A stretch of 64,000 bases of DNA, from positions 95,692-159,691 of the forward strand of contig URLC01000002.1 of assembly GCA_900548695.1 (NCBI GenBank), written 5' to 3'. A program made the position numbers and the translations under genes. The notes beneath the pieces were generated by a model. The model saw nothing but the letters and a program-made list of their open reading frames with translations, was not told the DNA's origin and did no database searches. Every line of letters begins with the position of its first letter. The first letter of the stretch is position 1. Shown one piece after another: positions 1-10,602 of this stretch. This stretch comes from an uncultured Mycoplasmatota bacterium. GTDB taxonomy: Bacteria; Bacillota_I; Bacilli_A; RF39; UBA660.

Positions 1-1563
1 ATTTTGATAGTTTGTGTTTGTAATGAATTTATTAAAGTTATTCGAAGAATTTTAGTAGAAGATACGTGTACTAGAACTGAGAAAAGGGCACGCTTTTTGG
101 CTTTGAACGCTCTGTTGAAAGCACCGATGTCATATTTTAAAGAGAATATGGTTGGAAATATTCATGGAAAACTAAATCGTAGTTTAGAAGGAACTATTCG
201 TTTGTTGAAATTAATGTTTATGGATTTTGCTCCAGCTATTTTTAATAGTGTAGCGGCTATTATTGTTATTTATTCACAATTACCATTTTACTTGGCTACA
301 TTAATGATGCTTGTTATTCCTGTTGGAGTCTTAATTGTTTTTTGTCAGATTAAAACACAGAAGGGAATTCGGGTGGAGCTTTTGGAGACAAAATCAAAAA
401 TGGATGGTAATGCGGTTGAACTGATAAACGGCATTGAAGTTATCCGTGTTTCTAATACTGCTGATGATGAGTGTAACAAATTTGATTGCCGTAGTGAGTA
501 CTTGAGAGAAAAAGAAATGAAACATCATAAAGCTATGGCAAAATATGATTGTTTAAAATTTATTAATGAGTCTGTATTTACGGTTTTAATTATTGGTGTA
601 TCTGTTTATTTAGCCTCTATTGATGTTATTACTGTTGGTAGTATTTTAACTTCTTATTTATGTTTTACACAGTTATTAACACCGCTTAAAGAATTACATC
701 GTATTTTGGATGAGCTTAGTGAATCTATGGTTTTGGCTAATGAATATTTTAAAATTAGTGATATTCCTAATGACTTTTCTTATCAAGTTTTAGGTAAAAA
801 AAATATGATTGATAGGGATAGTAAAGTCATTTTAAAAGTAGAAAATTTGGATTTTTCTTATTCTAATGATAGGCATATGAAAAAAATTCTTGATCATTTG
901 AATTTAGAGATTAGAAGAGGCGAATTTGTAGGAATTGCTGGGCCAAGTGGTTGTGGTAAGTCGTCTTTTATAAAAGTAATTACAAAATTAGAAGCTGCTA
1001 AAGGAAACGTTTTTATAGATGAGTTTTCTATTTCTAAATTATCTAGAAAAAATATAGCTAATTTGATTGCTTTAGTTCCACAAGTTCCATTTTTAGTTTC
1101 TGGGACTATTCGAGATAATATTTGTTATGGTTTAGATAGAAAAGTTAGTGATACAGAATTAGAGAAAGTTTGTGAAAAAGCCTATATTTGGGATTTTATA
1201 AAATCTTTAGATGATGGGTTTGATTCTATGATTTCTGAAGGTGGTTCTAACTTAAGTGGAGGGCAAAAACAGAGGATAGCAATTGCACGAATATTTTTAA
1301 GAAAACCAAAGATTTTAATTTTGGATGAAGCTACTAGTGCTTTGGATAATACTTCAGAAAAGCATATTCAAAAGGAAATTGAGCGATGGCAGAAAGAAGA
1401 AAATATTACTGTTATTTCTATTGCTCATAGACTTACTACATTAAAGAATTGTGATCGTATTTTAGTTTTTAATGAAGGTAAGATAGAACAATTTGGTAAA
1501 TATGATGAGCTAATTAAGATACCGGGTATCTTCAAAGATATGAACGATGGAGTATTAAAATAA
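1..1563 (+). CDS. ABC exporter, fused permease/ATP-binding protein (5' end outside window)
   Basis: The ORF is open to the window edge. A hydrophobic N-terminal part is followed by Walker A GPSGCGKSS, ABC signature LSGGQKQRIAIAR, Walker B ILILDEATSALD and H-loop SIAHRL. Confidence 0.9.
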   Translation: MLIVCVCNEFIKVIRRILVEDTCTRTEKRARFLALNALLKAPMSYFKENMVGNIHGKLNRSLEGTIRLLKLMFMDFAPAIFNSVAAIIVIYSQLPFYLATLMMLVIPVGVLIVFCQIKTQKGIRVELLETKSKMDGNAVELINGIEVIRVSNTADDECNKFDCRSEYLREKEMKHHKAMAKYDCLKFINESVFTVLIIGVSVYLASIDVITVGSILTSYLCFTQLLTPLKELHRILDELSESMVLANEYFKISDIPNDFSYQVLGKKNMIDRDSKVILKVENLDFSYSNDRHMKKILDHLNLEIRRGEFVGIAGPSGCGKSSFIKVITKLEAAKGNVFIDEFSISKLSRKNIANLIALVPQVPFLVSGTIRDNICYGLDRKVSDTELEKVCEKAYIWDFIKSLDDGFDSMISEGGSNLSGGQKQRIAIARIFLRKPKILILDEATSALDNTSEKHIQKEIERWQKEENITVISIAHRLTTLKNCDRILVFNEGKIEQFGKYDELIKIPGIFKDMNDGVLK

Positions 1564-1608
1564 AATAATTTTATTGAGTTTATCATATACTTTTTTAGGT
1601 GATGCACT

Positions 1609-2664
1609 TTGAAGAAGTATATGATTTTTTTTATGATGATTATAATTATTTGGCCGATTTCAGTTTTGGCTGATTCTGCTAAATCTAGTGTTGTGATGGA
1701 CTTAGATAGTGGTAGAGTAATGTATCAGAAAGATATGAATCAAAAACGTCTTATTGCTTCTACGACAAAAATTATGACAGCTATTGTTGCTATTGAGAAT
1801 GGTGAATTAACAAAAAAAATTAAAGTCGGAAAAGAAGTTTTATCTATGTATGGAACTAACATTTATGTAGAAGTTGGGGAAAGTATGAGGCTTAAAGACT
1901 TATTGTATGGATTATTGCTTCGTAGTGGAAATGATGCCTCTGTTGTTATTGCAAAAACGGTGGCTGGGAGTGAAGAAAAGTTTGTAAATATGATGAATGA
2001 TAAGGCTAAAGAAATAGGAATGAAAAATACGATATTTAAAAATCCACATGGCTTAGATGAAAAAACAGAAAATTATTCTACTGCATATGATATGGCTAAA
2101 TTATCTAAATATGTTTATCAAAATAAAACATATCGAAATATTACTTCTACTAGTAAGTATGAAGTCTCTACCGGCAAGAAAACGTATCTTTGGTATAATA
2201 GAAATAAGCTATTGACGGATTATGAATATTGTACAGGTGGTAAGAATGGTTATACACCTAGGGCTGGAAAGACGTTAGTTTCGACAGCATCTAAAAATGG
2301 ACTTAACTTGACAGCAGTTACTTTATCTGATGGTGATATTTATACTAATCATAAAAATTTATATGAAATAATTTTTTCCAAATATCAAAGATATAAAATT
2401 GTGGATAAGAATCATTTTGCTATTGATAAAGAGTTTGTTGATTATGATGTATATTTAAAAAATTCATTTTATTATCCACTTAGTAAGGATGAGCTTGATG
2501 ATATTAAAACAGTTGTTTATTTTTTTGATGATGTTACTTCAAATAAGGTTGGAAAGATAAAAGTCTATTTAGCTGAGGAAGAAATTGGTGAAGTTTTTAT
2601 TTATAAGAAGGAAAAAAAGAAAGATGATGTATCTTTCTTCGAATGGTTAAAAAATTTATTTTGA
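1609..2664 (+). CDS. Serine-type D-Ala-D-Ala carboxypeptidase (PBP5/DacA-like, S11)
   Basis: It has a signal peptide, SxxK motif ASTTKIMT and SxN motif RSGNDAS. The TTG start lies 6 nt after AGGTGA. Confidence 0.85.
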   Translation: MKKYMIFFMMIIIIWPISVLADSAKSSVVMDLDSGRVMYQKDMNQKRLIASTTKIMTAIVAIENGELTKKIKVGKEVLSMYGTNIYVEVGESMRLKDLLYGLLLRSGNDASVVIAKTVAGSEEKFVNMMNDKAKEIGMKNTIFKNPHGLDEKTENYSTAYDMAKLSKYVYQNKTYRNITSTSKYEVSTGKKTYLWYNRNKLLTDYEYCTGGKNGYTPRAGKTLVSTASKNGLNLTAVTLSDGDIYTNHKNLYEIIFSKYQRYKIVDKNHFAIDKEFVDYDVYLKNSFYYPLSKDELDDIKTVVYFFDDVTSNKVGKIKVYLAEEEIGEVFIYKKEKKKDDVSFFEWLKNLF

Positions 2665-3576
2665 TGATAATCTGAAGAAATTTATGCTTGGTCTACAGAA
2701 TAAGCGAAAGCCGTTACCGTTTGTTCCAATTCCACTTGATATATATAATTTAGAATTTTCTAGTTGGTAAAACTCATTGGTATAATTTTTGGCACCATCT
2801 TTTTTGAATATTCCACCTATATAAGGAATACTTACTTGGCCATTGTGGGAGTGTCCAGCTAAAAATAGATCTGTTTTGTAATTTGATATAATCTCATCTA
2901 CTGTGTCTGGTTCGTGTAGTAATGTGATTGTATATATATTAGAATTATGGTTTGGCTCATTAAAATATTGGTATCCTTTTTCAATGTTTATTTCTCCAGT
3001 TGTGCTACTATTTAGTCCAATTACAAGGATTGGGTTATTGCTGTTATTGTAAATTAAATCATAACTGTTATTTAATATTGTAAAATCACTTTGGTTCATA
3101 ATTGTTGTAAATTTGTCTTTATCTTCTTCTCCCATAATTGCATACTTTCCGACCGTTGAATTTAATTTTTTTAATTCTTTTATAAGTTCTTCTTGTTCTT
3201 TTGATTTTATTTTATATCCTTTGTTTATCAAATCACCAGTAAATACTATTAAATCAGGTTTTCGTCTATTAATTTCTTTTACTATTTTTTTTATGTCTTC
3301 TATAAAAATAGTTGAACCGTAGTGAATATCTGATATTTGAATTATTTTTAAACCGTTGAAACTGGTTGGTATTTTTTTATCTGTAATTCTTGTTTCTTTA
3401 ATTGTGATTAATTTTGAAGATATATAAGTAGTGTATAGGAAAAATGTTAAACTGACAATAATTATTACGGTAATTATTTTTAATGTTGTCAAAACCATTT
3501 TTTTTCTTATTTCTCGATTTTCTTCTTTGATAATTTCTTTTTGTTTTTGTTCGTTTCTTTCTGTTCTTGTCGTCAT
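2656..3576 (-). CDS. Membrane-anchored metallophosphoesterase (YkuE-like)
   Basis: An N-terminal TM helix is followed by calcineurin-like motifs ISDIHYG, TGDLINKG and LAGHSHNGQ. Confidence 0.8.
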   Translation of the reverse strand: MTTRTERNEQKQKEIIKEENREIRKKMVLTTLKIITVIIIVSLTFFLYTTYISSKLITIKETRITDKKIPTSFNGLKIIQISDIHYGSTIFIEDIKKIVKEINRRKPDLIVFTGDLINKGYKIKSKEQEELIKELKKLNSTVGKYAIMGEEDKDKFTTIMNQSDFTILNNSYDLIYNNSNNPILVIGLNSSTTGEINIEKGYQYFNEPNHNSNIYTITLLHEPDTVDEIISNYKTDLFLAGHSHNGQVSIPYIGGIFKKDGAKNYTNEFYQLENSKLYISSGIGTNGNGFRLFCRPSINFFRLSSK

Positions 3577-3709
3577 ATTATCACCATTCTTATTGTATCA
3601 TAATTTTATAAAAAGTAGGAGGAATTGTCTAGTAAAACTTGATGATTGACATCGGTTAAAATAATTAATATTTTTTTTCTTTTATGATACAATGTAATTG
3701 GTGATGAAA

Positions 3710-5092
3710 ATGAAATATGATGTTGTAATTATTGGTGCTGGCCCAGCAGGACTTTTTGCTGCTTATGAACTTATTACAAAAAATAAAAACTTAAAGATTG
3801 CGTTAATGGATAAAGGCCAGAAAGTGAAAACTAGGTTTTGTCCGATGAATAAGAATAAGACTAAGTGTGTTAATTGTAATCCATGCCGGATTTTATCTGG
3901 TTATGGTGGCGCTGGAACTTTTTCTGATGGAAAACTAAATTTTATTCCTAAATTAGGAAAAAGTGATTTGTTCAAATATATGAGTGAGAGTGAAGCTGAT
4001 AAGTTGATTGATGATACGGAAGCAATTTTTACTAAATTTGGTATGGATAGTGATGTTTTTCCAAGTAATATGGAAGAGGCTTTGGAAATTAAGAGACGAG
4101 TTGCTATCCAGGGAGCTCGTTTATTACTGATTCGACAAAAGCATTTAGGTAGTGATCATTTACCTGAATATATTGAACAGTTTAGTAATTTTTTAGAAGA
4201 TCATGGTGTTGTTTTGTATGAGAATACAGATGTTTCTGATGTTGTTCGTGGGAAAGATGGATACCAAGTTTTTTTTGGTAAAGAAAGGTTGTTGACTAGA
4301 AAAGTAATAGTTGCACCTGGTAGAACGGGGGCAAAATGGGTTCAAGAATTAGCTGATAAATACCAAATCCCATACCTTTCACAAAGTATCGAAATAGGTG
4401 TAAGAGTGGAAGTTAGAAAAGAGATTTTGGAGTCAATTACTAAGGTGATTTATGATCCAACGATTTTTATTCATACAGATACTTATGGTGATGAAATACG
4501 AACTTTTTGTACAAACCCAGGTGGTTTTGTAGCAAAAGAAAATTATTATGGTTATATTTGTGTTAATGGTCATGCTTTAAAAGAGGTTAAATCTAATAAT
4601 AGTAATTTTGCTTTTATTAGTAGAGTACATTTGACAGAACCAGTTACTAATACTAGACTTTATGGTGAATCTATTGCTAGGATTGCTAATGTTTTGGGTG
4701 ATTCTAAACCAATTATTCAATCTTTGAAGGATTTAAGATGTGGTCGTAGATCTACTTGGCATCGTATTAATCAAGGATTTATAGAACCCACATTAAAAGA
4801 TTGTGTGGCTGGTGATTTGGCTTTAGTTTTACCACATCGTATTGTTACTAATATTTTGGAAGGTTTAGAGAAACTGGACAAGATTATTCCAGGTGTCAAT
4901 AATGATGAAACACTTCTTTATGGTCCGGAAATAAAATTTTTTAGTAATGAAATTGAAACAGATAATCATTTCAAGTTAAAGTCTGAAGATATTTATTTTG
5001 TTGGTGATGGTGCTGGAAAAGCTGGTAATATTGTTGTAGCAGCAGCTACTGGTTTAGTGGCAGCTCGAGATATTTTAGAAAGAGGTGATTAG
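3710..5092 (+). CDS. FAD-dependent oxidoreductase (COG2509-type)
   Basis: It carries the dinucleotide-binding motif VVIIGAGPAGLFAA and a C-terminal GDGAGKAG. I chose the ATG at 3710 because it lies 5 nt after GGTGA. The track start at 3698 is TTG. Confidence 0.7.
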   Translation: MKYDVVIIGAGPAGLFAAYELITKNKNLKIALMDKGQKVKTRFCPMNKNKTKCVNCNPCRILSGYGGAGTFSDGKLNFIPKLGKSDLFKYMSESEADKLIDDTEAIFTKFGMDSDVFPSNMEEALEIKRRVAIQGARLLLIRQKHLGSDHLPEYIEQFSNFLEDHGVVLYENTDVSDVVRGKDGYQVFFGKERLLTRKVIVAPGRTGAKWVQELADKYQIPYLSQSIEIGVRVEVRKEILESITKVIYDPTIFIHTDTYGDEIRTFCTNPGGFVAKENYYGYICVNGHALKEVKSNNSNFAFISRVHLTEPVTNTRLYGESIARIANVLGDSKPIIQSLKDLRCGRRSTWHRINQGFIEPTLKDCVAGDLALVLPHRIVTNILEGLEKLDKIIPGVNNDETLLYGPEIKFFSNEIETDNHFKLKSEDIYFVGDGAGKAGNIVVAAATGLVAARDILERGD

Positions 5093-5093
5093 T

Positions 5094-5759
5094 ATGAAAA
5101 AAATCTTGTTATTGTGTTTAATTTTTATATTTTCTTTTTGTTTAACTGGTTGTGGGATTGAAGAGGATTTGCTTGGTATTTCATATGATATAAAGAATAA
5201 TGAAGTTACTCTTAAGCAGTATAAGACAGAAAATCCTGTAGTAGCAATGTATATAGAGGGATATGGTTCTGTAGTTATGGAGTTATATCCAGAAGTTGCA
5301 CCAAATACGGTTTCAAATTTTATTTCGTTGATTAAGGAGGGTTTCTATGATAATAATACATTTCATCGTTTAGTTCCTGGTTTTGTATTACAGGGTGGAG
5401 ATCCTAATGGTAATGGGACAGGTGGACCTGGATATACAATCAAAGGTGAATTTTCTAATAATGGATTTGAAAATAATTTAAAACATAAAAAATGGGTTGT
5501 TTCTATGGCTCGTAGTCAAGAATATGATTCTGCTGGTAGTCAATTTTTCATTATGTTGGGTGATGCTGAATCTTTAGATGGTGATTATGCAGCTTTTGGT
5601 AAAGTGATTGATGGTAAAAAAAATATAGAAAACATTGTAAAAATGGAAGGTGTTTCTGATTCTAATAGCGGACAACTTACTCATAATTTAACAATTAAGA
5701 AAGCTTTAGTTGATTTAAAGGGAAAAGAATATGGTAATTTAGAAAAAATTGATGAATAG
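5094..5759 (+). CDS. Cyclophilin-type peptidyl-prolyl isomerase, lipoprotein
   Basis: It has the lipobox LTGC and cyclophilin motifs FHRLVPGFVLQGGDP and SQFFIM. The ATG at 5094 follows AGAGGTGA. Confidence 0.85.
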   Translation: MKKILLLCLIFIFSFCLTGCGIEEDLLGISYDIKNNEVTLKQYKTENPVVAMYIEGYGSVVMELYPEVAPNTVSNFISLIKEGFYDNNTFHRLVPGFVLQGGDPNGNGTGGPGYTIKGEFSNNGFENNLKHKKWVVSMARSQEYDSAGSQFFIMLGDAESLDGDYAAFGKVIDGKKNIENIVKMEGVSDSNSGQLTHNLTIKKALVDLKGKEYGNLEKIDE

Positions 5760-5851
5760 ATTTCATGCTTTAATTCTATTTTTTGTCTAGATAATTGTAA
5801 ATAAGAGTATTATGTAAATATTAAGTTTGATGAAAAATTGTTTAAAGAAGC

Positions 5852-5880
5852 TTGAAAAAGATAACTTTATTAGGTATAAT
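5852..5880 (+). promoter_or_regulatory. Sigma-A type promoter of the valS leader
   Basis: TTGAAA (5852-5857) and TATAAT (5875-5880) are separated by a 17-nt spacer. Confidence 0.7.
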
Positions 5881-5886
5881 CTTTAG

Positions 5887-6108
5887 TAAATGCAATGAAG
5901 CTGAGGAGTAGAAATAGAAAGTTTTTAGAGAGGTTATGGTTGGTGAAAATAACTGATAGACTATTTTGAAGGTAGCAGGGGAGCTGAATTATTGAAACTG
6001 AGTAAGTAATTCCGTTGGTCACGTTAAGACTTTGAGATAGAATTGTAGTAATTCTATGAACTAAGGTGGTACCACGAGTTTTCGTCCTTTGGATGAGGCT
6101 CGTTTTTT
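5887..6108 (+). promoter_or_regulatory. T-box riboswitch leader (probable Val specifier GUA at 5972-5974)
   Basis: It has the AGAGAG bulge (5927-5932), distal loop GGTTGGTGAAA (5938-5948) and T-box sequence AACTAAGGTGGTACCACG (6059-6076). The terminator is ACGAG...CTCGT plus a T-run (6074-6108). Confidence 0.85.
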
Positions 6109-6124
6109 AGTTAGGAGGATGTTT

Positions 6125-6568
6125 ATGAGAGGTAGTGTTGTTATTGTTCCAGATGAAAGACAAATTTTGGCAGATTCTTTTTCTGAAGACATTCCGTATG
6201 CTTTAGATCATGCTATAGCTTATCAAGACTTTTCTGATAAGTATCATTTGGGTCTTAGTTTTAGTGATGATAGTTCACAAGCTGTTTCTTTGCACGTGGC
6301 ACAGCTTGGCCATTTTTCATATAAGACAGAAGAAAATTCTAATGTAATAATTTTCTATTTACCTGAGGTTATTACTGAGCGTCAAATGAGATATTTTGAT
6401 GAGCATTTTATAGATTTTATGAAATATGATTTAATAGGAGCATTTAGTTTAGATAGTGATGAGCATGAATCTATTCAAAAGCTTCATGGGTTAGCTGAGA
6501 TAAGAAAGGTTATGAGAGATAAGAATCGACGGTTTAGTCAAGATAATGGTAAAGATAATAGATTATAA
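6125..6568 (+). CDS. Hypothetical acidic protein co-transcribed with valS
   Basis: The ATG at 6125 lies 6 nt after AGGAGG. The track start at 6089 lies inside the T-box terminator. I recognise no motif. Confidence 0.55.
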   Translation: MRGSVVIVPDERQILADSFSEDIPYALDHAIAYQDFSDKYHLGLSFSDDSSQAVSLHVAQLGHFSYKTEENSNVIIFYLPEVITERQMRYFDEHFIDFMKYDLIGAFSLDSDEHESIQKLHGLAEIRKVMRDKNRRFSQDNGKDNRL

Positions 6569-6586
6569 ATTAGAAAGAATGGTGAT

Positions 6587-9133
6587 ATGATGTTAGATAA
6601 AAAATATAATCATAAAGAAGTAGAAAAAGATAAATATTATGAGTGGAAGAGTAAAAATTATTTTTCTGCTGATAGCAAGAGTGATAAGACTCCATTTTGT
6701 ATTGTTATACCTCCACCAAATGTAACAGGAAAACTTCATCTAGGTCATGCTTGGGATACTACACTTCAAGATATTTTGATTCGTTATAAGAGAATGCAAG
6801 GCTATGATGCATTATGGCTTCCTGGAATGGATCATGCTGGTATAGCGACGCAGGCAAAGGTTGATAAAAGATTACGTGAAATGGAGGTTAACCCTCGTGG
6901 GATTTCTCGAGATGAGTGGCTAGAACATGCATGGAATTGGAAAGATGAGTATGCTAGTACAATTCATGAACAATGGGCTAAACTTGGACTTAGTTTAGAT
7001 TATTCTAAAGAACGCTTTACTTTAGACAAGGGTCTTAATGATGCTGTTAATTATGTGTTTGTTAAACTTTATGAAAAAGGCTTGATATATAGAGGTGAAC
7101 GTATAATTAACTGGGATCCGGTGCAAATGACTGCACTTTCTAATGAAGAAGTTATTTATAAGGAAGATAAGGGAGCTTTTTATCATCTTAAATATTTTAT
7201 TACAGGAACAGATCAATTCTTAGATGTTGCGACAACTAGGCCTGAGACATTATTTGGTGATACGGCTGTTGCGGTTAATCCTAAAGATGATCGTTATAAG
7301 CATTTAATAGGGAAAACAGTTATTTTACCTATTGTAAATAAAGAAATTCCTATTGTTGGTGATATACATGCTGACCCTGAATTTGGAACGGGTGTTGTTA
7401 AAATTACGCCAGCACATGATCCTAATGATTATGAAGTAGGAATGCGTCATCATTTGGAACGAGTTGTAGTTATGAATTTAGATGCAACTATGAACGAAAA
7501 TGCAGTAGGTTATGAAGGCTTAACAAGGGAAGAGTGTCGCGAACGCTTAGTGGAGGATTTGAAAAAGCAAGATTTATTGATTAGTGTGGAAGAGATGGTT
7601 CATAATGTTGGGCATAGTGAAAGAAGTGATGCCGTAGTTGAACCAACGTTATCTAAACAATGGTTTGTAAAAATGAGACCTCTTGCTGATCGTGTTTTGG
7701 AAAATCAAAAAAATTCTGAGACTAAGGTTAACTTTGTTCCAGAACGTTATGAAAAGATAATGAATCATTGGATGGAAATTACTTATGATTGGTGTATTTC
7801 TAGACAATTATGGTGGGGTCATCGTATTCCTGCTTGGTATCGTGGAGAAGAGGTTTATGTTGGTACTTCTGCACCAGTTGGTGATGGATGGGTTCAAGAT
7901 GAAGATGTACTTGATACGTGGTTTTCATCAGCTTTATGGCCTTTTTCTACTTTAGGTTGGCCAGAAGATACGGAGTTATTTAAACGATATTATCCTAATA
8001 ATGTTTTAGTTACAGGCTATGATATTATTCCATTTTGGGTAAATAGAATGACTTTCCAAGGATTAGAGTTTACTGGCACTAGACCTTTTAAGGATTGTTT
8101 AATTCATGGACTTATTCGTGATAAAGAAGGACGTAAAATGAGTAAATCTTTAGGTAATGGTGTTGATCCAATGGATGTTATCGATAAGTATGGAGCTGAT
8201 AGTTTACGTTTCTTTTTAACAACTAATACAGCACCGGGCACAGATTTACGTTATGATGAAGAAAAAGTAAAGTCAACTTGGAACTTTATCAATAAATTGT
8301 GGAATGCTTCTCGTTATGTTTTAATGAATATTGATGATATAACAAAAGATAATGTTACTTTTGATCATTTGAGTAAAGCAGATAAGTGGATTTTGACAGC
8401 TAAAAATAAATTGATTGAAGAAGTTACTAGAAATATGGATAATTATGATTTTCATAATGTTGGTAATAGTTTATATCAGTTTATTTGGGAAGATTTTTGT
8501 GATAGTTATATTGAACTTAGTAAAGCTTTGATGAACAATACTACAAAAAGTGTATTATTAGATGTATTAACAACTATATTAAAACTTTTACATCCATTTA
8601 TGCCATATGTTACCGAAGAAATTTATTCTAAATTACCGGTAAACGATAGTGAGACAATCATGTTGAGTATTTATCCTACTTACAATGAGCAAGAAATTTT
8701 TGAGCAAGATTTTGAAGATATTTGTAGAGTTATCGTTGATTTAACAGAAATTCGTAATTTAAAAGTTAATAATGGAGTTAAAAAAGATGCTAAAGTAAAA
8801 TTAGATGCCAATGATGATGTTCGTTATATTTATTGTTCACAATTGAAGATAAATGATGAAAATTTAATAAAAGATAGTGATGATATTAGTTCATATCAAA
8901 CGATTTCTTATCAATCTAATTTTATACAAATTATTTATTATTTTGAAAATGAAGTAAATAAAGAACAAATTCAAGATGAAATAAATAAATTGAAGATATC
9001 TATAGAAAGACGTGAAAAGTTACTTTCTAATGAAAATTATGTTAATAAAGCTCCAAAAAATATTGTTGATATGGATCGTCAAAAGTTACAGGAAGAAAAA
9101 GAAAAATTAATTTCTTTGGAAGCTCAATTATAA
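6587..9133 (+). CDS. valS: Valyl-tRNA synthetase
   Basis: It has the HIGH region [12 protein letters not shown], the KMSKS motif, an editing domain and a C-terminal coiled coil, and it lies downstream of a T-box. Confidence 0.97.
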   Translation: MMLDKKYNHKEVEKDKYYEWKSKNYFSADSKSDKTPFCIVIPPPNVTGKLHLGHAWDTTLQDILIRYKRMQGYDALWLPGMDHAGIATQAKVDKRLREMEVNPRGISRDEWLEHAWNWKDEYASTIHEQWAKLGLSLDYSKERFTLDKGLNDAVNYVFVKLYEKGLIYRGERIINWDPVQMTALSNEEVIYKEDKGAFYHLKYFITGTDQFLDVATTRPETLFGDTAVAVNPKDDRYKHLIGKTVILPIVNKEIPIVGDIHADPEFGTGVVKITPAHDPNDYEVGMRHHLERVVVMNLDATMNENAVGYEGLTREECRERLVEDLKKQDLLISVEEMVHNVGHSERSDAVVEPTLSKQWFVKMRPLADRVLENQKNSETKVNFVPERYEKIMNHWMEITYDWCISRQLWWGHRIPAWYRGEEVYVGTSAPVGDGWVQDEDVLDTWFSSALWPFSTLGWPEDTELFKRYYPNNVLVTGYDIIPFWVNRMTFQGLEFTGTRPFKDCLIHGLIRDKEGRKMSKSLGNGVDPMDVIDKYGADSLRFFLTTNTAPGTDLRYDEEKVKSTWNFINKLWNASRYVLMNIDDITKDNVTFDHLSKADKWILTAKNKLIEEVTRNMDNYDFHNVGNSLYQFIWEDFCDSYIELSKALMNNTTKSVLLDVLTTILKLLHPFMPYVTEEIYSKLPVNDSETIMLSIYPTYNEQEIFEQDFEDICRVIVDLTEIRNLKVNNGVKKDAKVKLDANDDVRYIYCSQLKINDENLIKDSDDISSYQTISYQSNFIQIIYYFENEVNKEQIQDEINKLKISIERREKLLSNENYVNKAPKNIVDMDRQKLQEEKEKLISLEAQL

Positions 9134-9139
9134 CTTTTT

Positions 9140-9167
9140 AGCAATAGATATTTCTATTGCTTTTTTA
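9140..9167 (+). terminator. Intrinsic terminator after valS
   Basis: Stem GCAATAGA/TCTATTGC with loop TATT is followed by TTTTTT. Confidence 0.75.
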
Positions 9168-9204
9168 ATTTTACTTTAGTATTCTTTCTTTAGAAGGTGT
9201 TTTT

Positions 9205-10050
9205 ATGAATGATATTTTATTAGAATTATTAGAAACTAGTAATTTTAATTATGTTTTAAATGATTTTGGTTTAGCTAAGTATGAGTTGTTAGCGGTTATT
9301 CATAAAGCAATTTTTTGTAATGATTCTCAGTTTAGTTATGAAAAAAAAGATATATTAAGGCAACTATATTTAGATAATTATAGTGTAGTCGATTTGGAAG
9401 ATGCAACAGTTTGTTTTATTTCGGATACTCATTTAGCCAGTAAATATGAAAATTTAGACTATCTTAAAACCGTTTTTGCTTTTTGTAAAGAAAATGATAT
9501 TTATTATCTTTTTCATGGTGGAGATATCGGTGATGGAATGGTTGAACAAGGCAAAAGTTACTTTAATATCGAAAGGCAAATTGAACATATTTTGGACTCT
9601 TTTTTAGATAGTTCAGATATCAAGCAATATATTTTAGGTGGTAATCATGATTCTAAATATAAAAAACGTGATATTGATTTGTTGAAGTTATTGACTTTTG
9701 AAAAGAGAAATGTTATTCCGATGGGATATCGACAATCCTATTTTACACTTTATGGAATTCCTATTTCTTTTGAACACCACTCTCAAGTAAGACCACAATA
9801 TAGGATGGTTGATTATTCGTTTTCAATTATGGGACATGCTCATAAAAGTCGATTTTCTGATAAAATGGTGAAGCTTCCTGCTTTGTGCGATCAATCATTT
9901 TATGATATTTTTGAAGCGGTTCCAGGATTTGTGGTGATGAAGTCTCAAAGATATTACGAAATGGTAAATTTAGCATTTGAACGTTATTCTTTTTCATCTG
10001 GTGTTCATAAAGAAGAAGTTTATGTTTATGAATTAAAAAATAAAAAATAG
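9205..10050 (+). CDS. Metallophosphoesterase family protein
   Basis: It carries the motifs ISDTHL, HGGDIGDG, GGNHD and MGHAH. Confidence 0.7.
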   Translation: MNDILLELLETSNFNYVLNDFGLAKYELLAVIHKAIFCNDSQFSYEKKDILRQLYLDNYSVVDLEDATVCFISDTHLASKYENLDYLKTVFAFCKENDIYYLFHGGDIGDGMVEQGKSYFNIERQIEHILDSFLDSSDIKQYILGGNHDSKYKKRDIDLLKLLTFEKRNVIPMGYRQSYFTLYGIPISFEHHSQVRPQYRMVDYSFSIMGHAHKSRFSDKMVKLPALCDQSFYDIFEAVPGFVVMKSQRYYEMVNLAFERYSFSSGVHKEEVYVYELKNKK

Positions 10051-10051
10051 C

Positions 10052-10079
10052 AAGAGATATTTTCTTATCTCTTTTTTTT
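10052..10079 (+). terminator. Intrinsic terminator
   Basis: Stem AAGAGATA/TATCTCTT is followed by a T-run. Confidence 0.75.
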
Positions 10080-10123
10080 CGACAAAATTTTATAGTTTTA
10101 TTTGTTATCTTATAGATGGTGAT

Positions 10124-10579
10124 ATGATGAAAAAGACAATTATTTTAGCAGTTATTTTTATATGTTTAGGTGCTTTATGTGGTAGTTACTTGTATAAAAT
10201 TGCTCCAAAAAGTGTTTCGGCTTTTAATGAAAATAATAATTATTATTTTATTCAAGAAGGTGTTTATTCTTCTTCTTCCAATATGAAGGAAAATATAAAA
10301 GATTTAACAAATAAGTTAATTGTTCTTGAAGATGATAAGTATTATGTATATGTTGGTATTACTAAGGATAAAAAGATTGCTGAAAGGCTTAAAAAAATTT
10401 ATAAGGATCAAGGTGTTCAGACCTATATAAAAGATGTATTTATTGATAATGAAGAGTTTTCTAATAATGTTACACAGTTTGATTTGTTAGTTAATGAATC
10501 TAGTTTGGTTGATGATGTTTTAACAATAGAAGAGGTGATTCTTGCTAATTATGAAGAAATTATTGGGACAGGCATGTAG
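10124..10579 (+). CDS. Membrane-anchored SPOR-like domain protein
   Basis: An N-terminal TM helix is followed by the segment YYFIQEGVYSS...YYVYVGITKDKKIAERLKKIYKDQG, which has the pattern of a SPOR repeat. Confidence 0.45.
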   Translation: MMKKTIILAVIFICLGALCGSYLYKIAPKSVSAFNENNNYYFIQEGVYSSSSNMKENIKDLTNKLIVLEDDKYYVYVGITKDKKIAERLKKIYKDQGVQTYIKDVFIDNEEFSNNVTQFDLLVNESSLVDDVLTIEEVILANYEEIIGTGM

Positions 10580-10602
10580 TTATTATTAATAATATAGTAG
10601 AG

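Noticed and set aside
5971-5973. I considered reading the valS leader specifier as GGU (Gly), which would imply a mismatched T-box and gene pair.
   Set aside because: The overlapping GUA-G reading fits the downstream valS. It also fits the one-nucleotide spacer seen in the asnS leader (GAAU-AAC-A) of the same genome. The GGU reading is kept only as a caveat to be settled by a covariance-model alignment.
6089-6124. Several track N-terminal extensions were considered as real starts. They are 6089, 57865 and 62907 (inside T-box or intrinsic terminators), and 14452, 23400, 27089, 39836, 51941, 58780, 61562 and 11331 (inside promoters or upstream genes).
   Set aside because: Each extension overlaps a terminator hairpin or a -10/-35 element. 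In each case a downstream ATG with a properly spaced Shine-Dalgarno sequence gives an N-terminus typical for the family: a signal peptide, a lipobox or a conserved motif.
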